Part shown: positions 12,262 through 24,460 of the stretch, in pieces | How positions within the stretch are numbered: position 1 is the first letter of the stretch | Layout of the letters: each line of letters begins with the position of its first letter | NCBI RefSeq assembly: GCF_964194155.1 | Contig: NC_135907.1 | Location: 22,382,001-22,446,000 of the forward strand | DNA from: Cetorhinus maximus | Taxonomy: Eukaryota | Length of the DNA stretch: 64,000 nucleotides | Direction of reading: 5' to 3' | The notes under the pieces: generated by a model | Seen by the model: only the letters and a program-made list of their open reading frames with translations | Databases searched by the model: none | What the model was told of the DNA's origin: nothing | Program-made: the position numbers and the translations under genes

Positions 12262-13585
12262 AACCATAGAAAAGTTATGACACAGAAAGAGGCCATTCAG
12301 CCCATCATGTCTGCGCCAGCTGGAAAAAAAACTAGCCGCCCATTCTAATCCCACCTTCCGGTCCGTGGCCTTGCAGGTTACAGCACTTCAGGTGCAGTTC
12401 CAGGTACCTTTTAAATGAGTTGAGGGTTTCTGCCTCAACCACCAACCTGGGCAGCGAATTCCAGACACCCAGCACCCTCTGGGTGAAAAAGCTTCTCCTC
12501 ATGTCCCCTCTAATCCTTCTTCCAATCACCTTAAACCTGGTAATCGACCCCGCCACTAGAGGAAACGGTTCTTCACTGTCTACTCTACCTAGGCCCCTCA
12601 ATTTTGTACACCTCAATCAAGTCACCCCTCAGCCTCCTCTGTTCCAAGGAAAACAATCCCAGCCCATCCAATCTCTCCTCATAGCTGCAATTTTCCAGCC
12701 CAGGCAACATTCTTGTAAATCTCCTTTGTACTCTCTCCAGAGTCATTATGTCCTCCCTGTAAGGTGGTGACCAGAACTGTACACAAAAATCCAGCTGTGG
12801 CCTAACCAGTATTTTATACAGTTCCATCATTACATCCCTGCTTTTGTATTCAATACCTCATCCAATAAAGGAAAGTATTCCATATGACTTTTTTACCACT
12901 TTACCCACCTGTCCTGCAACCTTCAGGGACCTGTGGACATGCACTCTAAGGCCTCTCACTTCCTCTACCCCTCTCAATATCCTCCCGTTTACCCCTCTTT
13001 ACCAGGGGACTCTAGATTTGGCAGTGTCTTTGTGGAGACATGAATACACTGTGCCCGTAGAATCTCACTTTTGAATGCCTCCCAATGCACTGTCACTGAT
13101 TTCCCTTCAAGTAGCTGTATCCAGTCCGCTTTCGCCACATCACCTCTCAGCTCTGTAAAATTTGTCTTTCCCCAATTTAGAACTTTTATTCCTGTTCTAT
13201 CTTAATCCTTTGCCATAAGTATGCTAAATCTAACCGTATCATGGTCACCATCTCCAAAATGGTCCCCCACTGCTACTTCATCCGCTTGCCCAGCTTCATT
13301 TCCTAAGACTAAATCTAGAATTGCTCCACCTCTCAATGGGCTTGTTACATGCTGGCTAAAAAAGGTTTCTTGGATACAGTTTAACAATTTTGTGCCCTCT
13401 GTACCCTTCACACTATTTATGTCCCAGTTGATATTTGGGCAGTTGAAGTCCCCAACTATTACTGCCCTATTGTTTCTGCACTCACAAATTTGCCTACAAT
13501 TTTCCTCTTCTGAAAAATGAAATTAGGAAAGAAAGAGAGGATATGAAGGAATATTGGCAGGTAAAATCAAGAAAACCCAAAGATG
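12262..13585 (-). mobile_element. Rearranged CR1: 3' end, internal deletion, endonuclease segment, then a short inverted piece
   Basis: ORFs 12585..12830 (RT C-terminus) and 13202..13411 (LDLVLGNE..DH, endonuclease) on the minus strand; 13511-13585 is plus-strand linker-like sequence (EIRK...LAGKIK.NPK, frameshifted). Confidence 0.8.
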
Positions 13586-13591
13586 CCCAAA

Positions 13592-13879
13592 GGCGCCACT
13601 AACTCTAAATCCACCACTTCTTTAGCCAGTCTCTAGGATCTTGGTGCCCACCCAGCATCCTGAGCCTACATTCACCTCCAGCCCCCACACTAATATAGGT
13701 GGCTTTAAGCAGCCCTCTGAAATGCCCTAATCGACCCCAATCTGGAGTCTTGGCTCTAGCCTGCTTATGGAGTTAAAACAAGGTGAGATTCCCTGGAGGA
13801 TGTTGTCTCACATTTCTGTTTGATACCACATGGTGCCAACTCTACAATCATCAAATTATTCAAAGGTAGGGGAATTTTT

Positions 13880-13910
<31 letters not shown>

Positions 13911-14590
13911 CCAGCAATCCCTCAAAGTGAGGAGGAAACTTGCCACGGAGCCCCTGGAGTCTTTTAACACGGGGAGGCTGTTGCACTGCAGATACTAGGC
14001 TGTCCAGGAAACTCCTCCGCTCTTACTGCCTGCCATAGGCCCATTGGAAGGAATTACAGGTTGACAATAAATCGGCTTGACGAAGGATTTTATTTTATGC
14101 AGTGAGTTGTGACCTGGAACACACTGCATGAAAACATAGGAAGCTGGCTCAATAGCAACTTTCAAAAGGGAATTGGATAGATACTTAAAGGGAGAAAATT
14201 TGCAGGGCTATATGGGGATAGAGTTGGGGGTGATGGGGTGGGGTGGTGTGTGGGGCTAATTAAATAGCTCATGCAAAGAGATAGCACAGGCACAATGGGT
14301 CAAATGGCCTTCTCCTGTGCTGAATAATTTGATGATTGTAGAGTTGGCACCATGTGGTATCAAACAGAAATGCGAGACAACATCCTCCAGGGAATCTCAC
14401 CTCGTTTTAACTCCATAAGCAGGCTAGAGCCAAGACTCCAGATCGGGGTCGATTAGGGCATTTCAGAGGGCTGCTTAAAGCCACCTATATTAGTGTGGGG
14501 CTGGAGGCGAATGTAGGCTCAGGATGCTGGGTGGGCACCAAGATCCTAGATACTGGCTAAAGCAGTGGTGGATTTAAAGTTAGTGGCACC
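13592..14590. repeat. Long inverted repeat: arms 13592-13862 and 14321-14590, spacer 458 bp
   Basis: Manual alignment of about 270 bp gives roughly 8 substitutions and 1 indel. Confidence 0.95.
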
Positions 14591-15021
14591 CTATGCGCAG
14601 CTTCATTTTTGGCACCCACCCAGCACCCACCTTGGGACCCAGCCAAGAAAAAGAACATTCTATCTTCCGGCCCCGCTTTTCATTTTTTGCAAATGTTACA
14701 GTGCATTAACCTCGATAACTCAGCATTACATTAAGGAGAAGCTAAGGGCTGCGATATTTTAACATATCACATGTGTGAGCCGTCAGGGAAAGAAGATTCA
14801 ATCCATTTTGCTTGCATATAGTGGGGCTGTCTCTAAAGATACAGAAAGCCCAGGACATTGCCTGGTTAATGGTGGTCACGGAGCACTGGAGGAGGCCATT
14901 TGGCCCGTCCTGCTAGTGCTGCCCTCCGAAAGCACAATTGAGTTGTTGGGATTCCCACCGTCACTTCCGTGCGCACCATTCATCGGCATTTTATAAAAAA
15001 CACTTTTAATAAACACACATT

Positions 15022-15455
15022 GGGCAGAGTTTAAGGCTGATTGGGCGGGCGTGTGCCTGACGTCATTCCGTGCTTACACGATATTCCGGTCGGCGGGCGC
15101 GTTTCCGGCTTTTGCGCGTGCCCGCCGACAATTAAGAGGCCAATTAAGGTCATTAACGGCGCAACCGTCTTTAATTTTACGTTGCCCGTCCAACCCTACG
15201 GTTGGCGGACGGGCGAATCGGCCGGGCGGCCTTTACATTTTTCATGAAACCTCAACCAAGGTGCAGGATGAGGTTTCCATGATGAAATAAAAATCGGTGG
15301 ACAGCATTTTCATCATGTGTATTTTCACCTGCCTGATTGGGATGCTTGGACATTTTCATTTCTGCATTTCCAAACTTCACTTTTGATTTTTCGGGTCTTT
15401 AGCTCCCTGAGGCCGCTCTCTGCTTTCAGGGAGCTTTCTGTCAGCGCTGGCCCAC
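15022..15455. mobile_element. Partial copy of the same GC-rich MITE family, in opposite orientation
   Basis: Starts GGGCAGAGTTT; shares caattaagaggccaattaagg, catgaaacctc and gatgaggtttc blocks; right end not defined. Confidence 0.65.
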
Positions 15456-18400
15456 GCCCACGTTGACCTCAGGGGAGTGGGGCCCCAGGGCCTTGAGCGG
15501 GGAAGAGACTCCTGGGGCCTTGAGGAGGTTGTTTCGGGGCCTTGAGGGACAGGAAAGGGGGTTCCTGGGGTCTTGGGGAGATGGGGGTTCCCGGGGTCTT
15601 GGGGGTAGGCGGGGGGGAGGGGATACATGACCGAGTGTGGCAAGGTGTTGTTCTGAAGCTGAGAGGAGCAGATGGCAACCATTTCCCACTCGCGCTCAGC
15701 GAACGCCAACGTCTGGGGCACTCGTGCCCCTTCTCACCCCATGACCTTGCTCCTCTTTCCCCCACCCCCAACCCCAGACCACGTGCTGCACCCGGGAGGA
15801 TCCGACCCACGCGTATGCACAAATACGCACCTAGAAACTTTTTGCAACACAAGAAGTGGCAACCTTAGACCATGCGCAACTGACATTCTACTGTCTATCT
15901 TTGCAAAGGATACCAGTAAATGTCATCTTGATTTAGACCCTCACTCCCTTGCGCATGCATTACGCAGCAGACAAAGGCGATTTTTGCTTTTGCGGTGACC
16001 GGTTGCAATTCACTTGTCAGATTTCTCCTGCATTTTGGGGCCCCCACTGTCATTTGGGGGCCCCCGTGCCAGCACTTGGTTTGTTTCATGGCAAATTTGC
16101 CACTAGGCCAAGGGCCTCAACGGAGTCTGAATGAGAGGCGAGGCAATCAGACAGCAAGGTATCGGAGTGCGGGCTGGCAACCACAATGGCTTTACTATGA
16201 AGCAATCCTGGCTTCACACCTGCTTTGTGAAAGGCTTAAAGCTTACTTTTCTTTGGGGGGGGACAGCTCCCAGTAGCCTCTGAAACGACGTTTGGTTTGG
16301 CCCCAGTCCACTTTTGCAAAGGGGCGTAAAACAACGATAAGATAATTTGCACTTACAGAGGAGCCCTAACCAATAGGACACACAGCACACTTCTGCTGTG
16401 CATGTCACCCATACTGGAAGCTAAATTGCTGGCTTTACGCCTGTCAAACAAGCACAGCATGATGCAATTTCTAGGCTTCAGTCTTAGGGATTAAGGCTGA
16501 ATTGGTTAAAGGCATTGGCTGGATCAAAGTGCTGTACTTGGTGCTTGTTGTGGGCACCTCTCCGTAGGAAGGATATTGGAGCCAGAGAAAAGAGGAGGTG
16601 AAAGTTCAGCAGAATGAGGCCAGGAATGAAGATTGTAGCCATCAGGAAAAGCTCAAAGTGTTGAAAATTTTTCGCTCTGAAGCTGAGCTACGTTAGAGGA
16701 TAATAGATGTTTTTAAAATGAAGATGGTCTCTTCGTGGAGTGTGAAAGTGAAAGATTGATTCTATTTCTTAATAATTTGATACTAAGGGAACCTGATTGG
16801 GAATTAACACTGAGAATAAAGGCGGATATTTGAAGGAATTCTTTTCGCACAGAGTGCTTTGCCAAGGCATTGTGACTGTAACAGGGTCTTGGATAGATGT
16901 TTGTAAAGGGAGAATATGAAAGTTGTTGCAAAAGGGGCAGGGAGATCTGGCAGGGGTGCGATGGTTTGAATGGCCTCCTTTGCCACTGTGGTTGAATTAG
17001 GGGGGGTGAGGGAGAGTATTCAATTGGAAATACGTCAACGTTGATTTTAACAATTCATCAGTTTTGCACAATAATTTTGCAGGATTTGCCAGTCGGGAGG
17101 GAATAGAAAATTTACTCTGTCTTTACAAACCACATGTGCTAAAATAGCAATGCAAAGTCAACGAATTGTGATTGAAATCGAGAGAGTCACTCGCACTGCA
17201 CAATCCTCCGACTCTGTTGCAACAGGTGATCAAAGCCGGGACAGTTTCATTGGGGGGTGGAGAGAGGGATGGGTACCAAGAAGCAGACCATGGCGCGGAG
17301 GCTGGCCTGTGGGTGTACAGAGTTCTTCTGCTGGTGCAGGTGGCCTTTGAGAGCGACTCTCTGGTATCGGTGGTTTTGAATTTATTTCGACGGCTCAGTG
17401 GGGCTGTGAGGGAGAAGGCCCCTGAAAGCAATGGCAGGGAAATTAGCAGGAGCTTTTTGCGATGGGGAAATTCTGAGGGGAGGGGGGAGGAATTTAGGGC
17501 CTCGGTAACACTGGAGTCGTCATAGGCCAGACGGATTGCCTAAAAGGTTAACAGTGCAGCACTCTGCTCTGAAAACAACTGAACCACTACGGGAGAGCTC
17601 TAACCAATATGGCAGGCGCTGCATGTCCAGCTCAGAATGACCATGTGCAAGTTGCCCGCCATGCCAGACTAAGATGCAATGGGGTGATTCCGCAATCTGT
17701 TGTCCCCAGCAGGATGCAGCGCTCACAAGGCAGAGAATGATGGATAATTGCACCTGTTCAGCCTCCCCAACAGCAGTAGAGAACACCCCCACTGCACCAA
17801 GGAGGCTTTTTTCTATTTCTCCGCGCAGCAAACATCTTGTGGCCTCCTCAATGGCAAAAGGAGCAACGGGGTGCAGCTAGAAGTGAAAGACTTTGAAAGG
17901 AAGAACTCGCATTTCTATAGAGTCCTCCACAACCACAGGACGTCCCACAGCGTTTAAACAGCTAATAAGGTAAATATATTTTGTGTGAAGTGTTACATTA
18001 CAGTTGTAATGTAAGAAATGAGGCAACCAATCAGCGCACACTGAGAGTTCACAAAGAGCGATGAGATAAATAACAAGATGATCAGTTTTAGGGCCATTGG
18101 TTGAGGGATAACAAGGTGAACTCCCCTGCTCTCCTTTGAAATAGTGGCAGTGGGGCCTTTTACATTAAGGTTTCCAACCCCCCGGAGCAGCCAGGAGGCT
18201 CCCAGAATCGCCCCAGTCTCCCAGCGGCTATTAAAAGCAGTCCGGGAGGTTTTAAAATGATGGGATCCCCCGTTAATTAATCGACTCACATCTCAGCAGC
18301 CACAGAGTCTATTTCACTGAACCACATTTCACAGGCAGGCTAGGCCGCACTCCCACACAGGCACAGCCAGCGTGATAACATAGCACGTTATGTCATGGCT

Positions 18401-20474
18401 GCGCGGGTGTACCGAGCTCGTGAGCATCACTGCTAGCTGCTCTGCCTGTTTTCTTTCCCGCTGTTGCTGAGGTGAATGCCGTGTGAGCTGGCGGGGAAAC
18501 CGGCACCTCCTGCTGGAGGCCATGGTCCCGGGGGTTGGAGCGAGGTGGGTCTGCCAATGTAACCATCGGGAGGGAGCAGGCCGCTGGCCGGACAGCAGAA
18601 CCCGAGGTGGCTGTGGGTCTTGTGCTCATGGGACTGTCCTTCAGAAGCCCTCGGGACTGAGGGGCAAATGGAAAGATGGGAGTCTGAGCCAGAGGGGGCA
18701 GCGAGTGCCCTAAAGGGCACCTGACCGCAATTCCGGTGGACACTTGGGTGCAGTAGTCCCTGAGCTAGCCAATTCTAAACAAGGATACAAAGTACTTTTG
18801 TTCATTTATTTGTGTCAAAGAAACCCAACTGCTCCCACTAGCGTCCTGGGCTTTGGATTTTGCTCCCCCCACCCCCGCCCACACTGGATGGGCTCACCCG
18901 CTTCTGACACATTACCCGGATTCTGTGATGTCACTTCCACCAAAGTCTCCTGCGATATGGCCAGCCGGAGCTGGCAATCCTATTTTCCATCCATGCGAGA
19001 GGGCAGACAGGGCCTTGGTTTAAGGTCTCATCCTAAGCCCCTTTACATCCTTGAGGCTGGATTGAGACATCCCCAGTTTCATTTTATAAAGGACACTTGT
19101 AGCCCGCAGACCGATGGGCAAAAGCCTTATCAGTCTTGGGGCCCAAGAGCGCTTGAAGAATACAACATTCCTTTCGAATATTAAAAAAAAAATCACATCG
19201 CACACACGGATATGCTGTACCATTCTCTGAAGATGGATCCCAAAGGGACTGGAATCACAATATTCGGAACAAATACACCAACACATTCCATTGTAGATCC
19301 TTAGTTTTTTTTTTAAACGAAGCTGCTAAAGAATAAAAGGGCTAATCCCGTTATTCAAACAGAAGGGGGTTTTACAACTTTGCCAAAATTAGTTTGAACA
19401 AGTGAGGATCACATAGAAACGTGGAAAGATTAACTGCAGAGAAGGAGGCCAGTCGGCCCATCGTGTCCGTGCTGGCAAACAAGGCCGAGTGCGCGAAGCT
19501 TTCCCAAATCTGGAACACGGATTGAAGGAATCAGGCGCGGAGATTGGCATTCCCTGATCCAGTCAGGCATTTTTAACTCCTAACCGCCGGAACATTGGGT
19601 GCGCTAACTCAACAGTCAGTTCTGCGATGGGCGTTTCGGCCAATCTCATCACCACGGATCCGCTCCCCTCAAACCTTGCTGAATCCACACTGTTATTTCA
19701 ACCCCTGGGGCACACAAACATATGAACCATGAGCAGGGAGTAGGCCACCCGGCTCTTTCAAGCCCGTTCTGCCATTCAGTAAGATCATGGCTGATCTGAC
19801 TGTAACCTCCCGCCTACCCTCCCATAACATTTCACTCCCTTGTTAATAAAGAATCTATCTACCTCTGCCTTAAAAATATCCAAAGACTCTGCTCCCACCG
19901 CCTTTTGAGGAAGAGAGTTCTAAAGACTCATGACCCTCTGACAGAAAAAATTTCTCCTCGTCTCCGTCTTATTTTTAAACCGTGACGCCTAGTTTTAGAT
20001 TCTCCCACAAGAGGAAACATCCTCTCCACATCCACCCTGTCCCAGACACCACAGGACCTTAAAGGTTCCGATCAAGTCACCTCTCACTCTTCTAAACTGC
20101 AGTGGATACAAGCCTAACCTGATCCGTTTATTAAAGATGGTGCAAAGCAGGGGGTGGTTGGGGAGGAAGGAGGGTTAGGTTTGTACATACTGCAGCTATG
20201 AACCCATTCCTACAGTTAAGGTATTGACAAAAACAAAAACAGCAAAAGGACTCAGTCCCATTGTCCAACCCCTCCAGCTGTGCATAGTCATACAATTTAT
20301 TATTGCAGTTATTATGGTCTGACAGCAGTCAATGCCTCTCTTTTAATCTGACTAAAGAGCTCAACTTGAGTTAAAGATATCGGTGAGCCTGTTACTTCCT
20401 AATTTGAGTGTTGTAAAACCAACAGACAAATGCACTTGAAAAATCTTAACACTAACCTCCTGCTTGATTCTTAC

Positions 20475-20530
20475 CTGGCAGCAGCATGGTTTGCCAACTG
20501 TAACATCCGATTAAACTGTTTCTTCATCAT
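20475..20530 (-). CDS. SH3BP1: SH3BP1-type BAR-RhoGAP, coding exon 1 (MMKKQFNRMLQLANHAAA+AG, 56 nt)
   Basis: ATG at 20530; MKKQFNRM.QLAN is the N-terminus of the SH3BP1/ARHGAP17/ARHGAP44 family; donor CAG|gtaag; the phase-2 end joins exon 2. SH3BP1 is preferred over paralogs because of the MM start and the neighbouring galectin. Confidence 0.9.
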
Positions 20531-20900
20531 TTTCAAAACTGTTCTTTTTTTAAATATGTGTACTTTAGTTCAGTTGCACTTGTAGTTTCTGCTCTTACTG
20601 CACGGTCCACTTAGTCGGTGTGAGATCAGCATTTCTGTTCCCTCCCACAGGCGATGAAATCGAAACACTCCTTAAAGCCACACTGATGCTTGTAGATCAT
20701 TTTGTGAGGAAATTGTGAAATGCGACTTGAAACCTTTTTCCCGTCGTTTTTTTTTAATGGTGCCCACTCCTCCTCCACTTCGGATGCCGCTACCTGTGTT
20801 TGCTTTTAGTTTCAAGAGGTGTTTTTCACTTATGTCACAACTTTCCATGTCCTCCTCTCAAAACACCCCATAGCCAATCAATCGGTTGCTTTCGAAGTAC
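20531..20900 (-). promoter_or_regulatory. Probable 5'UTR/promoter of the SH3BP1-type gene
   Basis: Non-repetitive, retains CpGs, no obvious acceptor just upstream of the ATG, CCAAT box (agccaatca) at about 20872-20880. Confidence 0.45.
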
Positions 20901-21538
20901 AGTTATTGTATAAGGAGGGTGGGGGGAGTGGTGGTGGGATGCAAGTGGCAGGAAAACCAATTTGTATACGGCAAAGTCCCAGAAAACAACAATGACTGTG
21001 CGAGTCATATAGATTTGGTTATCCAAAGAATCTGTCACCAGGAACGTGGGAACAGGAGGAGGTCACTTACCCCTCTCGAGGCTATTCTGCCGATCAGTTA
21101 GATTGTGGCTGATCTGTCTCTGAACTCCATCTACCCGCCCTGGATTCGTAACCCTTAACCGAACAAAAACATACCATTTGAAATTTTGAATTCACATCCA
21201 GCGTCAACAGCCTTTTAGGGGAGACAGTTCCAGACTTCCATTCCCCTTCATGTGAAGCAATACTTCCTGATGTAACCCACGCTCAGTAGCACAGAAATGT
21301 TACAGAGCAGAAGGAAGCCATTCGGCTCATTGTGTCTGCACTCTCTGGATGAACAACTCGCTCTGTGCCATTCTCCACATCATCACAGTCGTGTACAGCC
21401 TGGCTGTAATTTTAAGGTTCAGTCCCCTGCTTCTGGACCCTGTCATCTGAGGAAATCTCACTTATCTTATCAAATCCTTTCATCTCCTCCACATTAGACC
21501 ACCCTTTCATCTTGCCTCTTCAAGGGAATACAAACCTA

Positions 21539-21664
21539 GGGCGGAATTTTACACCGGCCGGATTTTACGGTCCCGCCAAAGTCAATGGACTTTTGAACGT
21601 CCCGCCACATTTTATGGCCCCGCCCCCCTCCCACCCACCGCGACGGTGCCCTGAAATTCCGCCC
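21539..21664. mobile_element. 126-bp MITE with perfect 11-bp terminal inverted repeats; a degenerate sister copy lies at about 4811-4930
   Basis: GGGCGGAATTT...AAATTCCGCCC; shared internal gtcaatggacttt; flanks cta/tca (imperfect TSD). Confidence 0.8.
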
Positions 21665-22069
21665 TCAGTCTATGCAACCTGTCTTTATAATTTAATCCTT
21701 TTGGCCCTTAATTAAACTGGATGTCCTTTGCTTGTGTTTGTACAGCTTGGCTGGGAAGAAGAATGACAAAAGGACTGAGGAATTGATTGTTCATGCTAAT
21801 CAAACATCAGCAAACAGAGACAACCCGGAGCACAAAAAGAAGTTAATAAAAATACTGCGTGAGACGTAGGAAGTCGTGAGGACAGCAGTCAGTGATAATT
21901 GGAAGAATCTGGGAGTGCGTTCAATTAGTTTAGTAATCATGGGACAGGTGCAGAGAAGAGTTTCTTCCATGTTTCCTTGGAAATGATTCTCAATCCCAAA
22001 CTTGGTGCTCCTCCTGTAACCCTCTGAAATACCAATTCTGGCCCCTTGTACATCCCTGATTTTAATCTA

Positions 22070-23480
22070 CCTGGCAATGTGGAAAATTGCCCAGGTATGT
22101 CCTGTACACAAAGAAGGACACATCCAACCCAGCCAATTACCGCCCCATCAGTCTACTCTCGATCATCACTAAAGGAATGGAAAGGGTCATCAACAGTGCT
22201 ATCAAGCAGCAAATGCTTAGCAATAACCTGCTCACTGGCACCCAGTTTGGGTTCCACCAGGGACACTCAGCTCCTGACCTCATTACAGCCTTGGTTCAAA
22301 CATGGACAAAAGAGCTGAACTCCCCAGGTGAGGTGAGATTGACTGCCCTTGACATCAAGGTCGCATTTGACCGAGTGTGGCATCAAGGAGCCCTAACAAA
22401 ACTGGAGTCAATGGGAATCAGGGGGAAATCAGTTGGTTGGAGTCATGCCTAGCATAAAGGAAGAAGATTGTGGTTGTTGGAGGTCAGTCATCTCAGCTCC
22501 AGGACATCACTGCAGGAGTTCCTCAGAGTAGTGTCCTCGACCCAACCATCTTCAGTTGCTTCATCAATGACCTTCCTCCCATCATAAGGTCAGAAGTGGG
22601 GATGTTCACTGATGATTGCACAATGTTCAGCACCATTTGTGACTCCTCAGATACTGAAGCAGTCCATGTCCAAGAGCAGCAAGACCTAGACGATATCCAG
22701 GCTTCGGCTGACAAGTGGCAATTAACATTCGCGCCACACAAGTGCCAGGCAATGACCATCTTCAACAAGAGAGATTCCAACCATCGCCCCTTGATATTCA
22801 GAGGCATTACCACCACTGAATCCCCCACTATCAACATCCTGGGGGTTACCACTAACCAGAAACTGAACTGGACTAACCATATAAATGCTGTGGCTGCGAC
22901 AACACTCACGGTAGGAATCCTACGACGAGTAACTCACCTTCTGCCTCCCCAAAGCCTGTCCACCATCTACAAGGCACGAGTCAGGAGTGTGATGGAATAC
23001 TCCACATGCCTGGGTGAGTGCAGCTCCCACAACACTCAAGAAGCTCAACACCATCCAGGACAAAGCAGCCCACTTGGTTGGCAATACGTCCACAAACATC
23101 CACTCCCTCCACCCTGACGCACGGTAGCAGCAGTGTGTACCATCTACAAGATGCACTGCAGGAATTCACCAAGGCTGCTTAGACAGCACCTTCCAAACCC
23201 ACGACCACTACCATCTAGAAGGACAAGGGCAACAGATAGATAGGAACTCTATCTCCAAGTCACTCACCATCCTGACTTGGAAATATATCACCGTTCCTTC
23301 ACTGTCACTGGGTCAAAATCCTGGAACTCCCTCCCTAACAGCACCTTGGGTGTAGCTACACCACATGGACTGCAGCGGTTCAAGAAGGCAGCTCACCACC
23401 ACCTTCTCAAGGGCAATTAGGGATGGGCAATAAATGCTGGCCCAGCCAGCGAAGCCCACATCCCATGAATGAATTTTTTA
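22070..23480 (+). mobile_element. Second non-LTR retrotransposon family (CR1/L2 superclade RT, different 3' tail)
   Basis: NYRPISLLS, QFGF, LDIKVAFDRVWH, GVPQSSVLDP, FTDD; 3' end GGGCAATAAATGCTGGCC...CCCACATCCCATGAATGAAT. Confidence 0.9.
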
Positions 23481-24029
23481 AAAATCACTTCACCATTGGC
23501 AGCCGTGCTTTCAGCTACCTGGGCCCCAACCGTGGAGTTCCCTCCCTAGGCCTTTCCACCTTTTTCTCCCCTTTAAGATGCTCCTGAAAACGTACTCCTT
23601 TCACTGAGCTTTTGGTTACCTGTCTTAATATCTCCTTATGGCTCAGTGTCAAATTCTGATTGATAACGCTCCTGGGAAACCCTTTGGGACATTTTCACTA
23701 TATTTAAAGTGCTCTACAGATGAAATATGTTCATGTTTTTGTTAACTGTCCATCACGTTTAAAAAAAATCGTGAAAGTCAGAAGTACAGAGTGTTCAAGG
23801 AGGCCAATCTCGTGGGCACATGGACCCAAGTCCCAAGCTGCCTGACACTCAGCCTAATGCAAGCAGCATGCACTGTATAAACTTTGCTGGCTTTGTTTGG
23901 CTGTGTTGCACTGTAATGCTGCAGACAAGCATTGCACATTGCCCACATGACAAATATAGAGCGCTATTCATTTCCTGCAGCCTTTTGTTGTGCTGAATTA
24001 TTGCAGCGACACACTCATTTTTTTGTGCC

Positions 24030-24460
24030 AGCTGTGGCTCAGTTGTTATCCGAGTCAGGAGGTTGTGGGTTGAAATCCCGCTCTGGGGTCTTGAGCATAA
24101 GAATCTCAGCTCTTGGTGCCGGAGTGCTGCACAGTCAGAGGTGCCATCTTTTCGACGAGGTATTAAACCCTGTTTGCCCCTCCCATTTGGACATAGAATA
24201 TCCCATGACACTATTTCCAAGAGGAGCAGGGGAGTTCTCCCTGGTGTCTTGGCTGATATTTACTCCTTAACCAACATTGCTAACAACAGGTGATCTGGTC
24301 ATGGTCATCTTGTTTCTTTTTTGTGGAACTTGCTGAATGCAAATTGGCTGTTACATTTCCTACATTAAAGTGACTGCGCTGCATAATACTTCATTTTCTA
24401 AGCTTTGGGATAGCCGGAGTTTATCAAAGGCCCTATAGAAATGCAAGTCTTTCTTTCCTT
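24030..24460 (+). mobile_element. Deu-type tRNA-derived SINE; further copies at about 1690-1985(-), 7650-8040(+), 17885-18170(-), 34490-36030(+, interrupted), 40330-40730(+), 50915-51240(-)
   Basis: tRNA-like head (gtggctcagt...ggttgtgggttgaaatccc), central ggagttctccctggtgtc.tggc..atatt block, tail aaaggc.ctatagaaatgcaagtctttcttt. Confidence 0.8.

Noticed and set aside
15460-16480. Cluster of 60-127 aa ORFs
   Set aside because: G-rich and probably repeat-derived sequence next to a MITE; no recognisable protein or consistent exon structure.
17270-17345. Kozak-like ATGs on both strands (gcgccATGg on minus, gaccATGg on plus) as an alternative first exon
   Set aside because: The minus-strand frame has only a weak donor (TTG|gtaccc), in the wrong phase for exon 2, and soon stops; the plus-strand frame is short and unrecognisable.
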